NCBI GenBank assembly: GCA_964016885.1
Contig: OZ024743.1
Span: 44,454,001 to 44,518,000, forward strand
DNA length: 64,000 nucleotides
Reading direction: 5' to 3'
Source of the DNA: Eledone cirrhosa
Taxonomy: Eukaryota
Of the stretch, positions 42,228-56,142 are shown one piece after another. Under the pieces are notes generated by a model that was not told where the DNA came from, did not search any database, and saw only the letters and a program-made list of their open reading frames with translations. Position 1 is the first letter of the stretch. The number at the start of each line of letters is the position of its first letter. A program made the translations under genes and the position numbers.

Positions 42228-43234
42228 TTGAACAAATAATACGCGGTGTTTTCAACAACTAAAGAAATCGCTCACTTAACCCTTCTAACTATCGCAATCT
42301 TTTGACGAAATACTTCAAACCTATGGGGTGGACAGATATTTGTTTCTCTTTACTCTGGTGGGTCGTCTTGTTTCAAATCATAACTTCATTTGATTGAGCA
42401 TAACTTTCCCAAGGCGAGTAAAAGCCATAACGCTGATAGTTCTAAAATTTATATTTCACCGAATATGTTTACGACTACCGGGCTGGCATATAAACTACTA
42501 CATACTATTTGAAAGTTGTCGGCAATTGCTCCAATTACGTTATAACAGAATGTGGGAGATAAGAATATAACAGAATGCGGGAGATAATAATAAACAAATA
42601 AATAGAGAAATAAATAAATGCTACATAGTCTATTCTTCTCTCACTCATTCAAAAATCCTGTGCGAACTTATTAACGACACAATTCCCCTCTTCCTCGAGA
42701 AGAATCAAAATGTACGCCCATCACCTCAGGCTCCACACTTCAAGTCGTACAATACAATTTTTTCTAATAAAATCTGTTACGTAGTCAGTTATGTGGCTGA
42801 GAGGCTAAACGGTTTTCTTCGCAATCACGAAGACTCTGTTTCGATCCAACTGACAGGCTCTGTGTGCATTTTTTTTAAATAGTTTTTTGGTAGACAGGAA
42901 CTATGTGGTAGCTCGAATAGCGGATTATACATGTATGTCAAAGGTGTAGCGGTTTCGCATATTGAGCCAACCTCACCTACATGTGGTGGTCTCTGGGAAA
43001 TTATTTGTTATAATCCTCTACTTACGAGGCTCTGATGAACAATAATAATATACATACATACCCGCATAAATACATTGATACATGATACATGATACATTGA
43101 TACATGATACATTGATACATGATGGCTGCATTTCGGGTTCGAGTAATGCCATCTCTTGATGATTAAGCATAAGCATCATGCTTCTTAGTTCTGCTAGGGT
43201 TTACCTATGGACAGCAATGCCATCCATCGCAACA

Positions 43235-43339
43235 TAATTTGTTCTACATTTGGCACAAGGCCATCAATTATCCCAGTACATTACTGGTACTTTAATTTTT
43301 CGACCCCGTGAGGATGAAAGGCAAAGTTAACCTCGGCAG
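43235..43339 (-). mobile_element. Meta-type SINE 3' half
   Basis: Core and tail only. Confidence 0.75.
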
Positions 43340-44655
43340 GTGGCACATAACAAGTGTGCCTTTGCTTGAAGCTTTTTTAAGTCAGGAAAGGCTTTGCACC
43401 GAGCCAATCCAACTCTCTGAACACCGAATGCATTTACCCAAAAAGAAGAATTGGTCTACATCACTGGATGCAAACGAAGTCACTGGCTTTATCGTCAGAG
43501 TGACCTCCTCCAAGAGAGATACCTTAATGAAGACTAGGTATCTCTAGCTCCACAAAAAATAATTCTTTAATGGGGGGCCGTTGAGTCTCCTGAGTTCCTC
43601 CGTCTTTTGACGGGTTTTGTTTTTCATCCCACAGGGTGTCCAAAATCACCCCCTCACCAAGCCTGCTTGATAGGGTTGCCGGTTTAGTCGCCGACGACCC
43701 GACCATGTACAGGATGTACTGGGCTACATGTTACCAGTAGCGTTGAAGAGCGACATACATGATGGCTGCAAACTCGTGTTCGAGCATTGCCATCGCCCGA
43801 TAAAATGCTCAAAATTGTGAGGCACGAATGTGGGTCTTTAACTCTTTAGCATTTACATTACACTATATTTACAATTGTACTTATATATACTTACATGAAT
43901 ATTTACATACATACATACATACATACATGCATACACAGATACATACATATATACAATGTATATTTAGATACATGCATACATAATGGCTGCCCCCTCGTTA
44001 TCGAGTATGGCCATTGCACGATATACCATTATTAATAAGTATTAATTAATTCTATCGTACAATGCCTGTGCGTGAAGATATTTTTTAAAGTGAGGAAAGA
44101 GTGTGCACTGAGCCAATCCCACTCTCCGAGCGACAGTAGCTATAACCCGAAAAGAAGAAAGGTTCAACATCATCGGTAACTACTGAGTCACAGGTTTTAT
44201 ATCGGAGTTATCCCAGTTTCCTGAGTTGCCCTCTCCAAGAAGAATGCCCTGACAAACGCTAGGGGTCCTTCACTCCCAGTGGTGTAACCGCGCGGTACAT
44301 ATTTACACACATTAGGATGGCTGTTGACTCTTATGAGTTCTTCTGCCCTTTGTCAGGTTATGTTTTTTGTCCTGCAGGGTGTCCAAAATCTCCCTCCTCA
44401 CCAAGTAGACTTGGTAGAGTTGACGGTTTAGCCGCCGACGACCCGACTATGTGACAGGTTGTACTGGGTTACATGTTACCAGTAACACTCAAGAGTGACC
44501 CGACATAATATACATACATACATACATACATACATACATACATACATACATACATACATACATACATACATACATACATACATACATACATACATACATA
44601 CATACATACATGATGATGGCTGCCACCTCGTTATCGGGTATGGCCATTGCACGAG
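43340..44655 (-). mobile_element. Second stack of bipartite RTE-derived elements in (CATA)n: 43340-43755, 43982-44503, with tail fragments at about 43762-43795 and 44612-44655
   Basis: Reverse complements share tactggtaacatg..cccagtaca..gtcgggtcgtcggcg.ctaaacc and the ctcg..cgag..gcagcc tail with 14878-15489. Confidence 0.8.
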
Positions 44656-44671
44656 AAAAAGAAAAAAATAT

Positions 44672-44704
44672 TGACACGCAAATTCGTGAAGCGTTCCATA
44701 TTTT
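44672..44704 (+). pseudogene. U6 snRNA 3'-terminal fragment
   Basis: tgacacgcaaattcgtgaagcgttccatatttt matches the 3' 33 nt of metazoan U6 snRNA as I recall it. Confidence 0.88.
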
Positions 44705-44899
44705 ATCTTTCAAGGGCGGTGCCCCAGCATGGCCTCAGCCGGATGGCTGAAACAGGTAAAAGAGTAAAAGAGTATATATATATATTAATAACAATAATAA
44801 TAATAACAACAATAATAATAACGACAGCAACAACAATAATAATATACATATATATATATAGACGCACACACATAAACATATCTATACACACACACACAC

Positions 44900-46730
44900 G
44901 ATAGCAATTAACAGCGCTGCGATTGAATGTGGCTTTTTAGCCCAGCCAATTATCTAAAATGTCTTGCACAGAGTCAGCAACCAAAACATCCACTGGGAAT
45001 AGCCGGCTGTGGTTGGAGTGCATGTACTTTTGCATGTCGTTTGAGCCCCCCTGCTGATTTACATTCTCTACCACATGCTTGGCAAGCATGATGAATAGCA
45101 TCTCCAACAGCAGCCTGGTAGTTAACCACTGGTCCTACTTTATGACTGCGAAGATGAATTTCGAGTCCAGCTTTGCTTAGGCAGAGTCTCGCACAGACGC
45201 TGCATGTCAGTACCATAGGAGGACCCTCGCCGTCTGGAAGTGCAACAACAATGCCCTTCCTCACATCCCGCTTTACTTTCTCGTATGCGATTCGAGATGC
45301 CTCAAAGGCAGCTTTTCCCTCATGTACAGTCTTTCTCCATTTATTACGATCAGCAGCAATATTTTCCCATGTATCAGCAGAGATGTTAGCGTCTTTAAAA
45401 GAGGCTTCCAAGGAATCTTTATACCTCTTTTGGGGTTTATGTGGCGGTCGTTTTCCTTTAAGTAACTCTCCATAAAAGAGTTGTTTTGGTATTCTAGAAT
45501 CCTTCATCCTGGCAAGGTGACCACTCCAACGGAGTCGTTGCTTATGCACAAGAGCTTCTATACTATCACATATAGAGCTTTCCAAAATCTCGATATCACT
45601 AATGTTGTCCCTCCAGTGAACGCAATGGATCTGTCTAAGACACATCTGATGGAAACGCTCCAATTGCTTAAGATGGTGTCGATATGTGACCCAGGTCTCG
45701 CAGGCATAAAGAAGAGAAGAGAGCACACATCTTTGTACACCTTTACCTTTTTCTTCTTGCATATGTCTCGCCGACCCCAGAGTCGCCTTTCTAGCTTTCC
45801 GAAAGCATCGCTTGCTTTCCTAATCCTAAGTGAGATTTCACTATCAAGGTTGCTGTATCGATTGACAGTGCTTCCCAGGTAGACAAACTGATCAACCACT
45901 CCAAGTCGTTTACCATACACACAGATATTTGTTTCATTGTACTGCTTACCAGGGGCAGGTGGATACATGACGGTTTTCTTGAGACTGACAGTCAATCCTA
46001 GGGCAGTGCAAGCGTCAGAAAATGCATTCAAACCGTGTGGCATATCACTCTCTGTGTGCGCTACAAGATCGCAATCATCTGCATACAAGAGGTCTCTTAT
46101 GATTGATGTAAATACTTTTGTCTTTGCAGCAAAGCGCCTGATGTTAAATATGCGGCCTGAGGTTCGATATCGGATGTAAACCCCATGCTCGCAATTCCTG
46201 AATACAATACAGAAAACCATTGCAAAGTATATGGCAAACAGGGTCGGTGCTGGAATATCCCCCTGTTTCACTCCATTTTTTACTGTGATAGGCTCCGACA
46301 TGTTACCTCCGACATTAACCCAAGCCTTCATGTCGTCATAGAAAGACCTAACTAAAGCAAGGAACTTATCGGGCAACCAAGTTTCAGGAGAACCTTCCAT
46401 AATGTATTTCTGTTAACAGTATTGAAAGCTTTTGTCAGATCGACAAAAACCTGATACAGATCCAAACCTTGTTCCATGCACTTCTCCTGGAGCTGTCTAG
46501 CTGAGAAGATCATATCAGTAGTGCCGCCTCCAGCACGAAAACCAGATTGACTTTCAGGAATAACACAATCTGCAATGTGTGTCAGCAGACGGTCCAGAAG
46601 CACCCTGCATAAAACTTTCCCTACGACAGAAAGCAATGATATACCTCTGTAGTTCCCACAATCATTCCTGTTACCCTTTCCCTTGTACAAGACCACCATT
46701 ACTGCATCTCTCCAGTCTTCAGGTACGGAA
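44900..46730 (-). mobile_element. RTE-clade LINE, 5'-truncated, frameshifted RT with C-terminal C2H2-like fingers
   Basis: NYRGISLLS, QSGFRAGGGTTD, FVDLTKAF, GVKQGD, LLYADD, FVYLGS, RLRWSGHLARM; fingers CSVC..H..H and CQAC..H..H. Confidence 0.93.
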
Positions 46731-46745
46731 ACATACATACATACA

Positions 46746-49700
46746 GTCAACGCGATCAGTCGCATATTTTGGCGTGGGAGACTATTTATTAAATTTAAGA
46801 TGAATACTATCTCCGACAGTAATGCCACAATTACAGTCATGTTGAATAACTGGTTATTCTTTTAACTATATCTTATGAAGACACCTTTTATTCGAATTGG
46901 TAGAGATATCCGACTAAATACATAATTCATTTTACAAGGATTTGCTACAAACAGCATGGCTGAACACAACACCAACAATAAAATTAAGGAAGTACCGAAG
47001 ACGAATAACAAGGAAGGTAAACAAACTTTATTCAGTTGTAGCTACAGAAGAAACCGAAATTATAAATCGCGTTTCTCTTGGAGTTGCGAACTTAATGATG
47101 ATTTATTTAATTGTTATAAAATCGCAAAAAACAATCCCTCCATTGGCTATATGAACAGAATGAAGGTACACTGGGACGAAATACACCCAGAGCTAAATTA
47201 TTTCACAGCGAAACAATTACATCAACAAGCGACATTTGTTGAACGTAAAAATAAGATAAATATTATTAATTGTAAGTCCCCCACAACAAACATGTTATCA
47301 ACAACACGTGCTACTGGTCGCCATGCTACTAGACTTCCTAGCAGCCAGGTCGAACAGCGCCTTGAAACAACTATGCCTGTAAGAAACTTGACTCCACCTG
47401 TACCATCTAAGTTTACCGCGAATGCTGGGAAAAACACTATCGATAATAATAATAATCGAAGAAATAATAATTGTTTCTACTTTAGGCACAAGGCCAGCAA
47501 TCACCAGTTCATTACTGGTACTTTATTTTATCGACCCTGTAAGGATGAAAGGCAAAGTCAACCTCGGCGGGATTTGAACTCAGATCGTAAAGGGACGTAA
47601 CTATGCTGGAAAGCATGGCGTCCGACCCTCTACCGATACTGCCAATCCACGGCCATTCGAAGAAATAATAATAATAATCGAAGAAATTTGACACCACGTG
47701 TACCATCCGAGTCTACATTCGACTGTTGTTGAAAATACTATCGATAATGATAATAATCAAAAGTATAAACAATTGAAATTTTCTCTCAACGAAATATTCC
47801 AGGGAGAAATTAATTCATGTATAAATATCTCTCTTGCTGAACGTATTAAAACGACAATGTTTAATAAAAAAAACAACAAATAATGAAATAGTACGTGTTA
47901 TTGACGAAATAGTGGATGAATATTTACGACGGATAAAACCCCCAACATTTTGGCAAATCAACGCCTGTTTATATGGCTTTGCAATGACAGTGAAGCATTA
48001 TCTTGATGATAGCATAGATATTAACAAGAACAGAACACCACCAAAATTACCATCATATATAACTAAACTAGAAAATAAGATTGCTGACCTACGAAAAAAC
48101 ATAGGATATGTACAATGCTCCTTACATGCAAACAAACACACAAAAACCTCACTCCTCACCAACAAAGAGTGAAAAATAAAATAGAGACGATGTTTGGTAA
48201 CAGTAGAACCAGAACTCTCCAATATAAGCTGATCACCCGCAAACAAGAATTGAGAGCTCTTAGCGAAAAAAGCCTGTATCTGAAGAAGGTAAATAAGACG
48301 AAACCAAACTTCAATCTATAGAGATATGAAGGGCAAAATAATAAGTCTCACTGAGGCCCCATCCCAGAAAGACATAGATTCCTTTTGGAGCAAAATATGG
48401 GTGAAAAGAAGAATTTCAACCAAGATGCAGTGTGGCTAAGAGAAATCCGAAAGAACTATTGCTCCTACACATACAACAAAAATATACGAAATAAGTGAGG
48501 GTACCCTTGAGACTGTGATAGGAAAACTCCAAGATAAGAAAACACTAGGTAGAGATATGATTGTCGGCTACTGGTACAAAAACTGATATTCTATCGGAGG
48601 TATGTTACTGACCTCTACCAACAAGTTCTTAAGGGAGATACACTTATACCAGAATGGTTGACATTAGCACAAACATTACTGGTCCCCAAGAACAAAGACA
48701 CCAACTTGGCAAAAAACTACCGACCCATTGCATGCCAGAACCTGATGTATAAGATGTATACAGCCTGTCTGAACCTATTCCTCCAAGATCACTGTGAAAA
48801 TAATAACATCATCACAGATGAACAAGCAGCTGGAAAGAAATGGGTTTGGGGATGTGCTGAACAACTCCTAATCAACAAAACTACGATGTCGGAGGTGCGA
48901 CAACTTAGGAGGAATATGGCTAGAGTCTGGCTGGACTACAGGAAAGCTTTCGATTCTGTTCCCCACTCTTGAATGATAGAGGCCCTCCAACTTGCTAAAG
49001 TCCCAGACATTAGTGTCAGAGCCATAGAGAGGCTGTCTTCTTCTTGGTCTATTATCCCAAGGTTAAAGACAGAGAGGGGGGACTCTATTTTCACTGATAA
49101 AATAAAATATTGCAGGGGTATATTTCAAGGGGACAGTCTCTCTGTGATATTATTCATCTTGCCATTAAACCCCTTGTCCTTTCTGCTCAAGAAATGTGAG
49201 GGATACATCATTGGCTCACAGGAGGACAGAAATACGAACCCATAATTCCCTTGTGGACGATCTGAAACGCTATGCCAAGAACATGGATGGGATGAAGAAA
49301 AATCTTGACCTGGTTACAACGTTCTCAAAGGATATAGGAAAGGAGTTTGGCCAAGATAAATGCTCCTACATGACAGTAAAGCGGGGAAAAACAATAACCC
49401 AATCTAGCAACATTGTCATCAATGGCCTAACTGTTTCACCGATATCTGATGAGGACTGCTACAGATACCTGGGGATAGATGAGAACATATCCTATAATGG
49501 TATCTGTAATAAAGAACGCGTAACCAGGGAATAATACACCCGATTAAGAAAGATCTGGTCATCGGAACTCTCTGCACAAAACAAAACAGTGGCTCACAAT
49601 GTGTTTGCTATGCCTGTCCTAACACCAGCGTTTGGAATACTCAGTTGGACGATAGACGAAATCCGAGCAGTTGATGTTGGAACTCGAAAAATACTAAACA

Positions 49701-51040
49701 ACACCGGAAACTTCCACGTCAACAGTCACAATGACCGCCTTTACTTGAAACGTAAGCAGGGAGGCAGAGGCCTAACATCAGTCCAGACAACATTTGAATG
49801 TCGCATCATATCTCTCCGACAATATCTACGAAACTTGAAGCGTAGGAGCCCGTTTCTCGAGCAAGTCTTTCTGCATGAGCCAGATAAGATCATGAGATCT
49901 GGGAAGGAACTCCTCGAGAGATATTCCCTGTGTGATAATCAAAAACTCACACCCAGGGTAGTCGCTCAGCAGTAACGCAGTGAATCGATGGATGAAAAAC
50001 TACATACTTATCAGCAAAAAACCATGCATGGATATGTTGCCAGGAAGCTCCAGAGTGAGAGTAATACAGATAAGGAAAGTAGTTTATCTTCGACCAACAA
50101 TTGGCTCCCACTGTGAAGGATACGCTTTTGCAATCCAAGAACAGGAGATTAACACGAAATACCTGATTCACAAAAGAGATAGGATGCAGGCAAAACACCT
50201 AGATGTGATAACAAGTGCAGACTCTGCAGAACTAACAACGAGGATATCACCCATGTCATCAGCAGCTGTCCAAAGATGTCATCGCGGTACTATCCACCTA
50301 TGAGGCATGATGTAGTGGCCAAAACACTGTACAATGCAGTTCGTAAAAAAGATAGCCCAGATAATAAACACATTAAAAGCTACAGCAACGTGGAAGACAT
50401 CCATGTACATAATATGAAAGAGTACTGGTGGAATGTTCCAGTAAAAACCCCAATAACATGCAGGCATAACAGACCAGATATTATGATATGGGACTTGGAG
50501 AAGAAAGCATGCACAGTAGTGGAAATTAGCTGACCAGTAGATGCCAATATAATATCAAAGATTAGTGAAAAGGAGAATATTTATGCAGAACTGATGAGAA
50601 ATCTGCAGATACTCCACCCTGATCACACCTTCAGATTTATGCCTGTGATTATTGGGGAACCTGGGGTATGTTAGGAACTGATTCAATACAAATCTTGAGA
50701 AGCTAAGTTTCACAGGAACAGAAAGAACACAACTAGTTAGGAAATTACAAGTACAATCCATTAATGGAAGAGTAGAAATATGTAAAACATTCCAAAAATG
50801 TTGCATCTAATAACTGCATATACACATGTACAGATGCAAAGCATATACACATGCACACATACAACTCAAAACATACACATCCACACATACAATAACATCC
50901 ATATCTACACATGCATGCATACATACATATCTACCTATTTGATGTTGTGTAAATTCCAATGAGAGACTCTTGTGTCTATGTTAGAAACCGACTCTCTCTC
51001 TATTGGTAAAACTTTGTGAAATTATATAACCAGAAGAACA
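46746..51040 (+). mobile_element. Near full-length R4/Dong-type non-LTR retrotransposon (RT + CCHC + restriction-like endonuclease), disabled
   Basis: N-terminal W..ELN..L..CY..GYMNRM..HW; NYRPIAC, WLDYRKAFDSVPH, GIFQGDSLS, VDDLK, YRYLGI, GGRGL, CRLC..HVISSC, RHD.VA, HNRPDI..VEIS; (CATA)n on both flanks. Confidence 0.9.
47468..47653 (-). mobile_element. Meta-type SINE inserted in the R4-type ORF
   Basis: Full copy; TSD tcgaagaaataataat. Confidence 0.88.
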
Positions 51041-51249
51041 TACATACATACTTAAATACATGGCGTAAATATTCGTCGCATATTTGCCGACCATCTGACA
51101 TGATACATCATGGAAAGATGAAAATGATGTATGAAAAGCAATGTGCACCCCTCTATAATTTGAACTCAGTGTAAAGAAAGCCGGTACGAGTATACAGCGC
51201 TATAGTAGGTGATAAATTGTTCACGATAAGTATAGTAAAAAAACGTTTG

Positions 51250-51344
51250 GAAGAAGAAGAAGAAGAAGAAGAAGAAGAAGAAGCAGAAGAAGAAGAAGAA
51301 GAAGAAGAAGAAGAAGAAGAAGAAGAAGAAGAAGAAGAAGAAGA
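51250..51344. repeat. (GAA)n microsatellite
   Basis: Seen directly. Confidence 0.95.
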
Positions 51345-51728
51345 TTTTAGTTGGGAATTAAGTTAAAGGTATCAGTGTGTCTGAATATTCAACTAATTAC
51401 ATGTTAATTCAAACAATTGAGTACATATTGTTGAAATCTGCAAAGTTTCTATCATAGGTGAAACAAACATTGATAGAAGCCCAATGATGGACTATAAATC
51501 TTCCGGAAGAGATTTGCATAGATAATACGAACAACAATGACATAGGTATGCAAGTAATATATTCATTCTATCATGGAATCTGCCCGTTCTGCTGTAACAA
51601 TCCAGATATATTTATAGAATTTATTGATCTTACAACAAGACTGAACTGAAACAAATCGACGAAAATTTGAAACACATACAATTAAACTTAGCATCAGTAA
51701 AATCAATGTCTTTCATAAACACCACACA

Positions 51729-51910
51729 TTTGTTTCTACTTTTGACACAAGGCCAGCAATTACTGGTGTATTACTGGTGCTTTATTTGATTGACTCCGTA
51801 AGGATGAAAGGCAAGGTTAACCTCGGCGGGATTTGAACTCAGAGCATAAAGGGCCGTAACTATTTGCTGCAAAGCATGGCGTCCGCCCTTCTACTGATAT
51901 TGCCAATCCA
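51729..51910 (-). mobile_element. tRNA-headed Meta-type SINE
   Basis: Near full copy. Confidence 0.85.
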
Positions 51911-52144
51911 AACAGGAAGCGTTCATTTTGTACGTCTATCTCTCTTATATCCAGGAGGATATCAAATGTGCATTTTGATCAACTACACCTCGCGTAAATT
52001 TGTGACAGGCGACTCACACATTAAGCTTTGAAAGAATGTTACTTCTCCCTCCTTAACTTGTAAATAATGTTCATCTCCAGATACCTAGTTATCTAACGAC
52101 AGCAACAGTTGACTGATAAAATAACAAGTCGGTCAATCATATTG

Positions 52145-52460
52145 GTGGCCTCCCCACAGCCCCGGCGGACAGAATAGAGAAAGCATTTCCTCGTAGGACG
52201 GTAAGGTAGACGCGCTGGAAAAGTATTTCCAACTCGTGAGGCTCACACCTGCGACTGGCCAGCTCAGCGCCTATGGTGGTGAGTAGAGAGGTAGCCCTAA
52301 ATCGGGGACACCAGTAGTCTCCACTGCCAAGGGTACGACCGCAAACCTGTCGGAGAGTGACCGGTATTTGGAGCGTTTGATCTCCTCAGCCCAACGTGCA
52401 GCAGAACCTGGGTTAGTCGCAGACTGCACCAGGTTGCGGCTGGAGAAAGTGTGGTGTAAA
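52145..52460 (-). pseudogene. CRE-type non-LTR element, RLE C-terminal fragment
   Basis: GSAARWAEEIKRSKYRSLSDRFAVVPLAVETTG ... FQRV..VLRGNAFSIL. Confidence 0.75.
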
Positions 52461-53580
52461 TATTTATGCCGCCGCATAATTACATTTTTTAGAAGCAGTG
52501 AATGGTTGTCCTTGAACGTTCATTTGTTCGAACAACTGCATGTTCATCGTTAAAACAAACGAAGGATCCATTATCATTATACCAACATGTTAACCCCTTA
52601 TACCAAGATCATTTATTTCACTTTCATCTATAACAACAAAATGCATTAGAAGATAATGCATGGGTTTTCTGAATATTAAATTGTATATAAACATGAACAC
52701 ATATGGTGGAATTCTATGATATCTATTTGAATATCAAACATAAAATGGTTAAAATAATTTAAATTTACTCGAGAAAGATTTCATGGAGAATTCAGCAAAC
52801 CCCTTTAGGGTGTAAGGTTTTGAAGAATCAATAATGAGTTATTTCTTTTATTAATGTAAGACGTCAGCTTGAATAAGACGTATTTTGTACAAAATGCAAT
52901 AATTGATATTTATCCTATTCTAGCATCAATATATTATCCGCTATGGAGACTTAATAGGAAAATGACGTTACATTCTCATTGTTAAAATTCAGCTAATATC
53001 TTTATTTTACTTAACTGATTCAGTATAACATGATTTTTTTTTAAATCTTCTCATTGATTCAGTAGTTCTTTCATATCACATATATTCTAACAATTCATTC
53101 ATATCTCTTTCATAAGTTACAATGAAGGAGAAGGATATGCCCAAGGATAGGAAGGTAATCTAGAGTAGTTATTTGATAGTAGTATTCTTAATGGCTCACT
53201 CTAATCTTAAAGCATTTTTTTCTCTAATGAATAGAAGGCATGAGGAATTGTAGCAGTGGATACTTTAAGAGAGGAAAAAATAGAAAGACTGTACAGTAGG
53301 CGTCGACATTCATTAAATATCTCTATCTCTAAAATGATTCTTAAGCATTTCTTTCCTCACCTTTACTTTTTTCTTCCTCACATCTTTCCATCCCTTGATT
53401 TCTAATATGTTTACCCCCCCCCCCCCCCCCTCGCTCAATTCCCTTCCCTCTCCACCGCTCTTTCTTCCCCCAATCTCTCTCTCTCCCTCTCGCTCAGTAT
53501 ATGCCTCTCTGTGATAGTTTGTGGTGATCATATGCTATTGTTGTTTCTATATAGTCAACGATTCCGATCCTATTCTAAGA

Positions 53581-53759
53581 TAATTGTTTCTACTTTTGGC
53601 ACAAGGCCAAAATTACCAGTACATTACTGGTACTTTATTTTATCGACCCCATAAGGTAAAGTTAACCTCAACGAGATTTGAACTCAGACCGTAAAGGGAC
53701 GTAACTATGCTAGAAAGCATGGCGTCCAACCCTCTACCGATACTGTCAATTCACCGTCC
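53581..53759 (-). mobile_element. tRNA-headed Meta-type SINE
   Basis: TSD cctattctaagataat. Confidence 0.85.
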
Positions 53760-55941
53760 TATTCTAAGATAATGACAATTATAATTATCATTTTGTATAA
53801 CTATATTTAACCCTTTAGGTACTACCAAATGAAACATCGTTTCCTTGGTCTGCTCTAAAGATCGACTCCTTTCCTTCACTTTAACTCATTTGTATAAAAT
53901 GTTTAATGAAATTTCCTGTCTAGAATTTCTTCCAATTTTGAAAATAATTACAAATTTGGAGTAGGTAATTATTAATATAACAACTTTCCTATTATTTAGC
54001 TGATGTTTGGAGCATAACTTTTTAAAATATTATCTGACAAATTTATGATGAGAGATTCTTTAAAACGAACATTTTTTTCATTTATGACCAGAGGCGGCTC
54101 CAAATTAACAGCTTCTATTCAGATTTTAGTAATATACCAACGAAAGAATATATCAATGTATGTTTTAAATTATGGAGTTTAAATTAAGTGACGAATAACA
54201 ATAATAATAAAGTGTAGTCTCAGAAAAGAAAACAACTTTCTAGTTACTTTCATAAATGTTTAATATATTGAAAACTCTTCTATATTAAACACAAAACAAA
54301 ATCACATTAATAGCTTTATTGGTAAAACATAGATTATGGACAAAGTCAGTGACATAACGAACGCTGTCAATTTAACAATGATTGTACAATAGTTCTTAGG
54401 TAAAATGCTGCCTATAATTTTCAAATAATTTCGAAAATAATTTCGAACTCAGATCATAAAGGGCGTCCAACTCTCTACCGATACTGCCAATCCACCGCCC
54501 TTAGATATAACATTAACCGCTTTAAATTGTAGAATGTTCACGGTTCCGAGCGCTCTGGTATGAAAAGTGTCAAAGAATGTTGCAGAGTTATCTTTTACGT
54601 TGTCCCGTATTTACTTACTAGAAATGTATAAAATCTCGTTAAAGTTGATGTTGAACTATTTGGCATGATGGTAGTCCTTGTTTACTCGCTGGCCGACTAT
54701 TTTGAATGATGTGTCTGTTAAGTCTTTCACCTAGATATATATGTGTATGTGTTTGTGTCTGTATGCGCATATATGTGTGTATATATACATATATGCAGAT
54801 ACACAATATACATATATACAGGGGAGGCTGGTCAATTTTTATGACATAGATTAGCAACGATATTTTGGTAGTTAATGAAGAACAATGTATGTTAAATAAT
54901 TTTAGTTCGATCCTTCACCAGAGCACAATAAGTTACATCTTTACGGCTTTTTTATGTCTCACACTCCTTTCCTGTCGTTCATTCTATCATTAATTTTCTT
55001 TATCCGTTAATATATTATCCTTCTCTCAATTCCTTTTTGTATTCGTTTCACTTGTTCTTTTTTTTTCCTAGTATCAAGTCATATAATTCCTTCCCGCCTA
55101 CAGTCCACATTCAGTTTGGAGAATGCCATGGTGCTTTTTCTTCTTTACGTTTATTTCCTTTTTATAGGTAATCATTATTTTAATTTTCTCTAACTCATAT
55201 CAAACATAGCTCTTATTTAATCAACTTTGAAGATGAAACTTAAATATTTGTTTTTCCATTCTTTCCTCGATCCTCTGGTTATTAAACTGTTTTTATTTCT
55301 CTTTATTCTAGCAGTTAGTTTCCTTTATTACAAACCTGATCAGGGATAAATTTGTAATCATATGTTTTCAATGTCTTCCGTTGCCAGCTTGAAACAAACA
55401 AATGTATTACATATTCAAACAGACACTGAGGAGGGAGAAATGAAACCTGTCTAATCTCAAAAGAAAATAGTCAACAACCATATGCACAAAAGGCGTAAAA
55501 GCTGAAAAACACAAAAGAAAATGAGTTTATTTGGAATAATAGGAGGAGATGAAGCCATGTCAAAAGTTGGTTTAGTGAAATTTAACCCGAACTGTAATAA
55601 CATAAAAATTCATTTCCTGACCACCAACATTCTGAAAATTTCACCAATGGGAATGCCACGCTTCGTTGACACCAATATCTATTTATCTCGTTAATGAATT
55701 TTGTTCGATATAATTACAAATCTGTTTTATATAACATATTATTCATGATTACTGCTGAGATAATATCTAAAGAAACTGAAGGAGAATGACTGACGAAATA
55801 CTTAACCACTCAATTCATAAAAGACAAAATTATGAAAGTGGATATGCAGTTCTGTTAATGTTTAATGATATCTTTACTGGAGGAAAACACAATCAGTCAT
55901 GTAACAATAGTAATAATAGTAACTATAGTAGCTATAAAATG

Positions 55942-56142
55942 GCTTCTGATTTAGGCACAAGGCCAATCATTTTTTGGGGGGGCTAGTGTCAATGAAATCG
56001 ACCCCAGTGCATCACTGGTACTTTATTTTATCGACTCCGTAAGGACGAAAGACAAAGCTAACATCGGCGGGATTTGAACTCAGAATGAAAGGACCGTAAC
56101 GCTATGCCACTAAGCATGCTCTACCGATTCTGCTAATCCACC
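55942..56142 (-). mobile_element. Meta-type SINE, variant tail
   Basis: Core and B-box recognisable. Confidence 0.75.

Noticed and set aside
43031-43040. Isolated CTGATGA
   Set aside because: No stem II or GAAA downstream.
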